NCBI GenBank assembly: GCA_002104945.1
Contig: MCFH01000015.1
Location: 496,001 to 560,000 of the forward strand
Direction of reading: 5' to 3'
Origin: Piromyces finnis finn
Lineage: Eukaryota; Fungi; Neocallimastigomycota
Length of the DNA stretch: 64,000 nucleotides
How positions within the stretch are numbered: position 1 is the first letter of the stretch; the number at the start of each line of letters is the position of its first letter. The notes beneath the pieces are model-generated. The model saw nothing but the letters and a program-made list of their open reading frames with translations, searched no databases and was not told where the DNA came from. The translations under genes were made by a program, and so were the position numbers. Shown here piece by piece: positions 43,538 through 52,397 of this stretch.

Positions 43538-44552
43538 GCGAATTGGGGAGATTTAAACAAAATTAAAAAAAAAAAAAAAAAAATTAAAGCAATAATTTAT
43601 TTATTTTTTTACCACAAAATTTTCTATCATAATTAATAATTTTTTCCCGCTTAATAAGTATTTAATATAATTTTAATTTTTATTTTCTTTTTTTATTATA
43701 TTTAATAAAATAGGAAAATATTAATTTCTTTACTAAAAATTAAAAAAGTATAAAAATACAGAAAGGGAAAAAATAATATAAAAATACATCTAAAAATTTT
43801 TTTTTCATTATCTTTTCTTTTTTTTACTTTTAGTATTATCTAACTATCTTTTTAACTTTAAAGAAAACACTTTTAGATAAAAAAAAAAAAAAACTAAAAG
43901 AAAAAAATTTTAAAGAAAGGAAGTGGAAATTTTTTTTTATACTACCAAAAATCTTTAAAAAAATTTATAGCATAAAACTAATAGTCAAAAATTTTTAATC
44001 CTATATACTTTTTACAAAAAAAAAACTTTTTACTATTATTATTTATTTTTAAAAGAATTTAAAGAAAAAAACTATGCAGTTTATATAAATTTTTAGATTC
44101 ATTATAAAGAATTTTTATTATTTTTTATATAGAAAACTTTTAAAAAAAAAAAAGTTTATTATAACACTTTGTAAAAAAAAAGTTTTTATATTTAAAAATT
44201 TTTAACTTTTAAAAAAGTTTTATCTATACTTTTTTTATTTTTTTTTTTTTTTTTAACAAATTTATTTTATAAAAATCTATCAATTAAATGAAATAAAAAA
44301 AAAAAATTCAAAAAATAATAAAAAAATAAATTACAAAAAAATCATTGTTTTATATAATATTATAATAAAAGTAAAGTGTTTAGTGTAAGGTGCCATTTTT
44401 TTTTTATAAATATATATGTATTAAAAGTTTTAAAATAGTTTGCTACCATTGAAAAAAAAAAAAATTTAAAGGTAAAAGGATTATACGGTCAAGTCATATC
44501 TGTATTGTTCTGGTTATTAGATTGTCCAACATTTAGAGATATCCGTATTAAA

Positions 44553-44929
44553 CCCTCTTGGGAACGTGCCTTCATTTATTTAATAAATGTAGTTTCTCAA
44601 GGGGGTCTACTCATGCTCATGGTACTGAGAGAGTAGAAAGAATTAAATCCAAGTATTGCGCAATGGATGCTTGGTGCCCTTCCCTCTTGGGAACGTGCCT
44701 TCATTTATTTAATAAATGTAGTTTCTCAAGGGGGTCTACTCATGCTCATGGTACTGAGAGAGTAGAAAGAATTAAATCCAAGTATTGCGCAATGGATGCT
44801 TGGTGCCCTCTTGGAAACGTGCCTTCATTTATTTAATAAATGTAGTTTCTCTAGGGGGTCTACTCATGCTCATGGTACTGAGAGAGTAGGAAGAATTAAA
44901 TCCAAGTATTGCGCAATGGATGCTTGGTT
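44553..44929 (+). repeat. Three tandem 124-bp monomers at LINE 5' end (44553-44676, 44682-44805, 44806-44929)
   Basis: Unit ccctcttgggaacgtgcc...tctactcatgctcatggtactgagagagtaga...ccaagtattgcgcaatggatgcttggtg, with an extra ccctt between units 1 and 2. Confidence 0.97.
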
Positions 44930-45040
44930 AGTCTTTAAGGGAAAATTATTAGGACTAAGCTCATGGTACTGAGCGATTAAAAAACATTTTATTCATCGAA
45001 TTTAAGTATTTGATGAATAAGTTGAATGTTTGATATTCAG

Positions 45041-45381
45041 GTAAGTTTGTATAGTATTTAATTAGAAGAGTAATGCATTTTGTTGCTGTATTTTTTCTTT
45101 TATTCATGTATTCTTGTAGTACTACTCTTCTCTTGTAAGAATCCAATGTAGTCAACTCTAGCATTTGCATTGTATTTTTATATTCATGTAGCTATTGTTG
45201 TATTGTTTCTTGTAAGAGACTGATTCACTCTACATCATGTAAAAATACTATTCACAAGCTTTCTGGTGTCAACATTCTTGATTCAAATTTTTTACCAATT
45301 TAAATATTTAATGAAAAGTAAAGTCAAACAATTTTAGTGTCAAAAAGCGAATCGAATTTACTAACAACAAACCAAAACTAG
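45041..45381 (+). other. Predicted spliceosomal intron in LINE copy 1 5' UTR (341 nt)
   Basis: CAG|GTAAGT donor, TACTAAC branch point at 45359-45365, CTAG| acceptor 16 nt later; conserved in copy 2. Confidence 0.65.
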
Positions 45382-45570
45382 AATTTTAAAAAAAGTTAAC
45401 AACTAGAATTCAAAAAAAGAAACTTTAAACAAAGCATCGTAACAATTTTTGTACTATCCAGTACTTTTAAGAAGAGAGAGAGAGACAGATTTTTTTTCCA
45501 TATACGTTATATTTATAATTTTTATTAGTATTTATTTTATATTCAATATTTTTAATTAGAATTTATTATC

Positions 45571-48500
45571 ATGTCAGTCTTTTATATTAAAGACAAGAAT
45601 TATATCAGACGTGGTACCCGGTCTTATGGTATCCCCTTAGATGATATTCGCTCCTTCTTTATCCGTGGTATTCGATCATGGTCAGTAAATATGCTATGGG
45701 AAAAACTCGAGGTTATTCTAGAAGATAAATTTAATTCAGTTATTAGTGTTAAATATTTTCAAACTTTCAATGATCACTTTTTCTTAGTCAAGGTTCATGG
45801 TTCATCAAAAGATTGTATTAAAATCTTACACATGTTAAAGAAGAAACTTTCAGTTACCTCAATTTCCTTTTCAGCTCGTAGTAGAAGGAATCACAAATAC
45901 ACTTTTTCCACTCTCAAACGTAAAATTTTAGTTTCTAATAAACATCAACATTCTATTCAACAATCATTTCAACAATCAGTTCAACAATCTCATCAACAAT
46001 CCGATCTTCAACAAGATCTTCAACAAGATCTTCAACAAGTTTCCAATCATGAAAATATTCCAGATCTACAGCAAACACAATTTCAATCTCAACATTCAAC
46101 AATTAATTCTAATAGCTCTATCAACTCTGATAACAGTTCAATAGTTGATAGTTCTTCAGTTTCACAGCCATCTAGTAATAGTTCTACTTATTCCTCTGAT
46201 GCATCATCCATTAATAACGATGACTTTAATAATAATAATAATAGCAACGATTCTTCCTCATCCAACAAGCCTGATAACTTTTCTTTTTGTCTTAGTTGGA
46301 ACACCAATGGGTGGAATCACGAAAAGAGAGATAGTATTAGCTATTTCACAGCTATTTTCAAACCATTATTCTTATGTTTCCAAGAAACTGGTAATGGTTC
46401 TGGATCGAATACAGATTATCCTTGTCGTGTTACTTTGCGAAACTATAGACACTTTTTCAAGAAAGCTGACGAATCAGTTCCGGGAATGAGAGGTTTATAT
46501 TTAGGTTTTCACAATTCATGTCAAGCCTCACTTGAAAACTTCTCTGGAAAGTATATTATTTCTATTTATACTTTTAGTCTCTGGAATAGATTCAAATGCT
46601 CGATTGGTAATGTTTATATGCCTCATAGTCATCACAACATCTATGTTGATCATGCAAAGTTAGAAGTTCGCTTGTGGTTACAAACTCATTCATCCCATCC
46701 ATCGATTCTTGTTGGTGATTTTAATATGTCTAAAGTAAAATTATCCAACTGGTTATCAACTAATGGATTAGGAGATTGGGAAATTCTTCCGCTTAGAGGG
46801 TCTACTATCTCTTGGACTCGAGGTGATCAATCTTCCGACATTGACCATGCTCTTATCAATTCGAAGATGAAAGATCTTATTCACTCAGGATCATTTATAA
46901 ATAATTTTTATCCTGTATCAGACCATAAGCCACTTCTTATTAATGGTAAAATTATTCCTATGGAAGATTTTTCTAATGACTTTAATGTTCCTAAGAAAAT
47001 TCTGAAATGGAATAGATTAAAATGTATTGAGGAAAAGGAATCTATTCTCAGTCATAATAAATTCCAAATTCTTTCAGCAAAATTCAACGATCCTAATGTT
47101 TCTACAGATGAACTTTCCAAAGAGTTTACTTCAACTGCTTTTTCAATTGCAGACGAGCTCAGTATTACTTCAGCAAATAATGTTATAAAGTCTTCATTTC
47201 ATATTTCACAACAAATTTTTAATCTTCAAAAAATCAAAATGAAGTTGTATAAGAGATTTAAAAAAGAAAGAATTTATGATATAGATGAATTTATTAAAAG
47301 AATTAAAATCTACCGTAAACTCATTGATTACATCCACAAAAGATGTAATGAATTTAGGAAGCAAGAATATCTTCATTGGATTAAAACAGGATGTGAGTAT
47401 ATGAAGAGTCATAATCCTAAGAAGGCCTGGAAATGGATCAAGAAAACTGCAAAAATTGGAAAAGATTCTTTCTTTATTGCTCAACCAATTAAAAACAAAA
47501 ATGGAGAATTAGTTGTTGCTACGGAAGAACAACTAGATGTGTGGCATGATCATTTCGAAAACCTTGCATCAGATCCAAGTGGTGTAAGTCTTGATTTGGA
47601 GCATTGGTATGAAGAACCAACGAATAAACGTTTTTCACTCCCTATGCTTGATGAATGGGATATCAACCAAGATATTAGTATTGATGAAGTCAAGTCAGCT
47701 ATCCTCTCTACTCCGAATTATAAAGCATCAGGTCCGGATGGTATTCCAATTGAATTTTACAAAGCATTAATTCCATCAAGTAATGATTCTAATAATGCTA
47801 CAGATAATAATTCTTCCGGTAATACCACTTCAGATAATGATGCGTATGGTTTAAATTTTATTCTTAAATTATTCAACCGTATTTGGGATGGAGACTTCCC
47901 CAACTCATGGAATGAATCCAGTATTGTTTCTATTCCTAAGAAGGGAGATTTGACAGATTGTGATAACTATCGAGGTATATCACTTATCAATAATGGTATT
48001 AAGTTGATTTCCAAAATTGTCACCACTAGAATCTCAGAATATGGTCTAAAGAATAATTTCATTAGACCTGAACAATTTGGTTTTCGAAAAAAGGAAGAAA
48101 GTATCAGTCTTTTCATTTCAATCCAAGAAATATGCCGTAGACGTCAATTAGATAATAAAGAGACATATTTGGCCTTTTTAGATCTCAGGAAAGCATACGA
48201 TTCAGTCCCAATCGGTAATATTCTCCATAAATTAGATTGTTTAGGAATCCGAGGTAAGAGTTTACAATTCATCAAAAATTTATATTTAACATCTAAGGCT
48301 AATGTCAAATTAGATGGACAATTCTCGAAATCTTTTGATGTGAAGAAAGGAGTCCGTCAAGGTTGCCCTCTTTCTCCTATTCTCTTTAATCTCTTTATTA
48401 ATGATATATTTAGAGAGTGCGAAGATCTAGGAGTCAGTTTAGGTGACACTCGATGCTGTGGTGGACTTTTTGCAGATGATATAGTTATTTGTGCTCCAAC

Positions 48501-50094
48501 AAGAGGATGCTTAAAAAAGATGCTTAGAAGAGTTAATGAATGGGCATTGTATAATGAAATGGAATTTGGTATCCAGAAATGTTCAACGATGGTGATTCGT
48601 CCTGAATCAATAGAAAATCAGAACAAGAGAGATCCAACATTTTACTTAGCAGGACAACCCATTCCAACTACTGATTGTTATACTTATCTTGGTGTTCCAT
48701 TTGATAAGAATCTGTCCCTTAAACCAGTAATTAAAGCTCTTAATAACAAGGTTTTGAAAGGGCTTTTCTCAGTCAGTAAATTCTTAAGAAATCCTAATAT
48801 TCCTATTCCTTTCAAAAAACTAGTACTTAACTCACAAGTGATTAGCAGAGTTTCATACTTTGCACCATTACTTGGATCCAACAAAGCTAGGTCTAGGATT
48901 GCTCAGAAGCATGTTAACAAAGGAATACGATGGGTTGCCGGAGTTCATAAAGCTGTATCGTTTATATCTTTATACTCTATTTCAAAAGATTTGAATATTC
49001 CTCCATTGTCAGCCAAATGTGCGTTAGCTCAGGTTAGATGTTTTAACAAATGGAAAAACTCAAATTGTATTATCTCACACCTTGTCAATTACATTCCTAA
49101 ATTTAGAAAATACACGTGGTGCAAATCAAGTAGGACACTTGATAAAAAATTAAAGAAACATGGAGATGTTAAAGCAGTTAAAAACTTTTATTGGAAAGAT
49201 CTCAAAGGGAATTCAATCAAAGCGCAATATTATGATGATAATAAATTTATTGAAACTAAAGATTTTATTAAATTATGTTATGAGTACCCAGAGTTTGCCT
49301 ATGGCTTCTACTGGCTATTGAAAGCAAGAAGCGGATACAAGTTGGATGCTAGAGTTGCCAAAGCTGCTAAATTTGTTGATCCAGTTTGTCCTAACTACTG
49401 TCCATGTTGCAAGTGTGGAGATCAAAGTATTAAACATTGGTTATTAGATTGTCCAACATTTAGAGATATCCGTATTAAACATTATGATTCCATAGTCCAG
49501 CTATTAAATTTTTTCAGTCAACGTAATTCCAATAGTCCTATCAATAATAATGAAATTGATAATATCAGTAGAGATAGTAATAACATTAATACTAATAGTA
49601 ACAATAGTAGTAATAACAATAGTAATAGTAACAATAGTAATAGTAACAATAGTAATAATAACAATAATAGAAATAATAATATTAGTAATGATAGCAATAG
49701 TGAAGATAATAATTCTAATTTAGATAGTAATTTAGTTAATGATAGTAATAGTTCTAATAATCCGGTGAATATTAATGTGTATGATTATTCTAGTGTGTGC
49801 AGTAAAATATTTAAATTCCTTCTTGGGGGAAGAAGTTTTAACAATATTAATTACAATTCAAGGGAATGGAAAGAACTTTGTAAGCGTCAGATTCAATCTG
49901 GTACTAACGAAGGAACACCATTCTTGACGGTAACCGCGGAACTTCTAACCAAAATCATGCCTTTTGCTATTGGCCAGCAATGGTCAATGTTCAAAAGGTT
50001 TGAAGCAACATCCAAGAGCGTCAATGCTGAAGAAACAGTAAGACAGGCCAGGAGGGCCAGCGCAACCAATGGAGATCATAATTTTGTTCCATGA
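45571..50094 (+). CDS. LINE polyprotein: N-terminal RRM-like domain, APE endonuclease, reverse transcriptase, C-terminal CCHC-type Zn knuckle, Asn/Ser tract (1507 aa)
   Basis: APE: WNTNG, FQETG, GDFN, IDHAL, SDHKP. RT: GPDGIP, NYRGISL, QFGFR, FLDLRKAYDSV, GVRQGCPLSPILFNLFI, LFADD, YLG. Zn: CPCCKCGDQSIKHWLLDCP. Confidence 0.97.
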   Translation: MSVFYIKDKNYIRRGTRSYGIPLDDIRSFFIRGIRSWSVNMLWEKLEVILEDKFNSVISVKYFQTFNDHFFLVKVHGSSKDCIKILHMLKKKLSVTSISFSARSRRNHKYTFSTLKRKILVSNKHQHSIQQSFQQSVQQSHQQSDLQQDLQQDLQQVSNHENIPDLQQTQFQSQHSTINSNSSINSDNSSIVDSSSVSQPSSNSSTYSSDASSINNDDFNNNNNSNDSSSSNKPDNFSFCLSWNTNGWNHEKRDSISYFTAIFKPLFLCFQETGNGSGSNTDYPCRVTLRNYRHFFKKADESVPGMRGLYLGFHNSCQASLENFSGKYIISIYTFSLWNRFKCSIGNVYMPHSHHNIYVDHAKLEVRLWLQTHSSHPSILVGDFNMSKVKLSNWLSTNGLGDWEILPLRGSTISWTRGDQSSDIDHALINSKMKDLIHSGSFINNFYPVSDHKPLLINGKIIPMEDFSNDFNVPKKILKWNRLKCIEEKESILSHNKFQILSAKFNDPNVSTDELSKEFTSTAFSIADELSITSANNVIKSSFHISQQIFNLQKIKMKLYKRFKKERIYDIDEFIKRIKIYRKLIDYIHKRCNEFRKQEYLHWIKTGCEYMKSHNPKKAWKWIKKTAKIGKDSFFIAQPIKNKNGELVVATEEQLDVWHDHFENLASDPSGVSLDLEHWYEEPTNKRFSLPMLDEWDINQDISIDEVKSAILSTPNYKASGPDGIPIEFYKALIPSSNDSNNATDNNSSGNTTSDNDAYGLNFILKLFNRIWDGDFPNSWNESSIVSIPKKGDLTDCDNYRGISLINNGIKLISKIVTTRISEYGLKNNFIRPEQFGFRKKEESISLFISIQEICRRRQLDNKETYLAFLDLRKAYDSVPIGNILHKLDCLGIRGKSLQFIKNLYLTSKANVKLDGQFSKSFDVKKGVRQGCPLSPILFNLFINDIFRECEDLGVSLGDTRCCGGLFADDIVICAPTRGCLKKMLRRVNEWALYNEMEFGIQKCSTMVIRPESIENQNKRDPTFYLAGQPIPTTDCYTYLGVPFDKNLSLKPVIKALNNKVLKGLFSVSKFLRNPNIPIPFKKLVLNSQVISRVSYFAPLLGSNKARSRIAQKHVNKGIRWVAGVHKAVSFISLYSISKDLNIPPLSAKCALAQVRCFNKWKNSNCIISHLVNYIPKFRKYTWCKSSRTLDKKLKKHGDVKAVKNFYWKDLKGNSIKAQYYDDNKFIETKDFIKLCYEYPEFAYGFYWLLKARSGYKLDARVAKAAKFVDPVCPNYCPCCKCGDQSIKHWLLDCPTFRDIRIKHYDSIVQLLNFFSQRNSNSPINNNEIDNISRDSNNINTNSNNSSNNNSNSNNSNSNNSNNNNNRNNNISNDSNSEDNNSNLDSNLVNDSNSSNNPVNINVYDYSSVCSKIFKFLLGGRSFNNINYNSREWKELCKRQIQSGTNEGTPFLTVTAELLTKIMPFAIGQQWSMFKRFEATSKSVNAEETVRQARRASATNGDHNFVP

Positions 50095-51208
50095 CAAAAT
50101 TTTGATCTTTGGCTCGGTGTCCCATTGGAAGTCAAATACAATTATTATACTTTAGTATGATAGTGGCTTTCTTACTTTAATTAAAATTACTAGAATACAT
50201 TATACCCAAATTTTATTCATTTGTGTTTATTTAAACATATTTTTTTTATTTTTATTTTTATTTTTATTTTTTATTACATGTATTATAATTTTAATTAAAT
50301 TAATAATAAAGTTTAAAATATTTGATGCCGTTAAAAAAAAAAAAAAAAAAAAATATCCGTATTAAACATTATGATTCCATAGTCCAGCTATTAAATTTTT
50401 TCAGTAAACGTAATTCCAATAGTCCTATCAATAATAATGAAATTGATAATATCAGTAGAGATAGTAATAATATTAATAGTAATAGTAACAATAGTAATAA
50501 TAACAATAGTAATAGTAACAATAGTAATAATAACAATAGTAGTAATAGAAATAATAATATTAGTAATGATAGCAATAGTGAAGATAATAATTCTAATTTA
50601 GATAGTAATTTAGTTAATGATAGTAATAGTTCTAATAATCCGGTGAATATTAATGTGTATGATTATTCTAGTGTGTGCAGTAAAATATTTAAATTCCTTC
50701 TTGGGGGAAGAAGTTTTAACAATATCAATTACAATTCAAGGGAATGGAAAGAACTTTGTAAGCGTCAGATTCAATCTGGTACTAATGAAGGAACACCATT
50801 CTTGACGGTAACCGCGGAACTTCTAACCAAAATCATGCCTTTTGCTATTGGCCAGCAATGGTCAATGTTCAAAAGGTTTGAAGCAACATCCAAGAGCGTC
50901 AATGCTGAAGAAACAGTAAGACAGGCCAGGAGGGCCAGCGCAACCAATGGAGATCATAATTTTGTCCCATGATAAAATTTTGATCTTTGGCTCGGTGTCC
51001 CATTGGAAGTCAAATACAATTATTATACTTTAGTATGATAGTGGCTTTCTTACTTTAATTAAAATTACTAGAATACATTATACCCAATTTTTATTCATTT
51101 GTGTTTATTTAAACATATTTTTTTTTATTTTTATTTTATTTTAATTTTTATATTACATGTATTATAATTTTAATTAAATTAATAATAAAGTTTAAAATAT
51201 TTGATGCC

Positions 51209-51261
<53 letters not shown>

Positions 51262-51348
51262 TATTGTTCTTGTAAGAGACTGATTCACTCTACATCATGT
51301 AAAAATACTATTCACAAGCTTTCTGGTGTCGACATTCTTGATTCAATA

Positions 51349-51750
51349 CCCTCTTGGGAACGTGCCTTCATTTATTTAAACCCTCTTGGGAACGTGCCTT
51401 CATTTATTTAATTAATGTAGTTTCTCAAGGGGGTCTACTCATGCTCATGGTACTGAGAGAGTAGAAAGAATTAAATCCAAGTATTGCGCAATGGATGCTT
51501 GGTGCCCTCTTAGGAACGTGCCTTCATTTATTTATTAATGGAGTTTATCAAGGGGGTCTACTCATGCTCATGGTACTGAGAGAGTAGAAAGAATTAAATC
51601 CAAGTATTGTGCAATGGATGCTTGGTGCCCTCTTAGGAACGTGCCTTCATTTATTTAATAATGGAGTTTATCAAGGGGGTCTACTCATGCTCATGGTACT
51701 GAGAGAGTAGAAAGAATTAAATCCAAGCATTGCGCAATGGATGCTTGGTT
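51349..51750 (+). repeat. Copy 2 monomer array: 31-bp partial unit (51349-51379) plus three 123-124-bp units (51381-51504, 51505-51627, 51628-51750)
   Basis: Same unit as copy 1; units 2 and 3 share private variants (ttagg, atggagtttatc). Confidence 0.96.
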
Positions 51751-51861
51751 AGTCTTTAAGGGAAAATTATTAGGACTAAGCTCATGGTACTGAGCGATTA
51801 AAAAACATTTTATTCATCGAATTTAAGTATTTGATGAATAAGTTGAATGTTTGATACTCAG

Positions 51862-52203
51862 GTAAGTTTGTATAGTATTTAATTAGAAGAGTAATACATT
51901 TTGTTGCTGTATTTTTTTCTTTTATTCATGTATTCATGTAGTACTACTCTTCTCTTGTAAGAATCCAATGTAGTCAACTTTAGCATTTGCATTGTATTTT
52001 TATATTCATGTAGCTATTGTTGTATTGTTTCTTGTAAGAGACTGATTCACTCTACATCATGTAAAAATACTATTCACAAGCTTTCTGGTGTCGACATTCT
52101 TGATTCAAATTTTTTACCAATTTAAATATTTAATGAAAAGTAAAGTCAAACAATTTTAGTGTCAAAAAGCGAATCGAATTTACTAACAACAAACCAAAAC
52201 TAG
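51862..52203 (+). other. Predicted spliceosomal intron in LINE copy 2 5' UTR (342 nt)
   Basis: CAG|GTAAGT donor, TACTAAC at 52181-52187, CTAG| at 52200-52203. Confidence 0.65.
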
Positions 52204-52397
52204 AATTTTTAAAGAAAATTTACAACTAGAATTCAAAAAAAAAAAGAAACTTTAAACAAAGCATCGTAACAATTTTTGTTCTATCCAGTACTTTTAAGAA
52301 GAGAGAGAGAGACAGATTTTTTTCCATATACGTTATATTTGTAATTTTCATTAGTATTTATTTTATATTCAATATTTTTTAATTAGAATTTATTATC

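Larger units (their letters stand above)
44553..50352 (+). mobile_element. Full-length intact non-LTR retrotransposon (LINE family 1, copy 1)
   Basis: 5' monomer array, 5' UTR, 1507-aa ORF, 3' UTR 50095-50332, poly(A)20 at 50333-50352, TSD atatccgtattaaa at 44539-44552 and 50353-50366. Confidence 0.96.
44512..51256 (+). mobile_element. 5'-truncated LINE family-1 copy (~930 bp: 44512-44552 plus 50367-51256), split by insertion of full-length copy 1
   Basis: 44511-44552 matches the ORF at 49438-49479 (WLLDCPTFRDIRIK) and resumes after copy 1. Poly(A) at 51212-51256; TSD atctgtattgttct at 44498-44511 and 51257-51270. Confidence 0.9.

Noticed and set aside
43860-44300. AAAAG/CTTTT-rich quasi-palindromic stretch as a foldback element
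   Set aside because: Low-complexity A/T runs; no defined termini or TSD.
44624-44640. ctgagagagtagaaa as a hammerhead ribozyme core
   Set aside because: Reads CUGAGAG, not CUGANGA, and there is no stem II before GAAA.
44553-44929. Tandem repeats next to a reverse transcriptase as a CRISPR-like array
   Set aside because: Units are contiguous near-identical 124-mers with no unique spacers and no cas genes; they form the 5' end of a eukaryotic LINE.
44558-45170. ORFs 44558-44836 (+) and 44961-45170 (-) as LINE ORF1
   Set aside because: Products of the monomer repeat or antisense UTR; TTG start or no recognisable domain, and not preserved in copy 2.
50027-50037. CTGAAGA (CUGANGA) in the LINE/SINE shared motif as a hammerhead
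   Set aside because: No stem II followed by a separate GAAA, and no stem I/III arrangement found.
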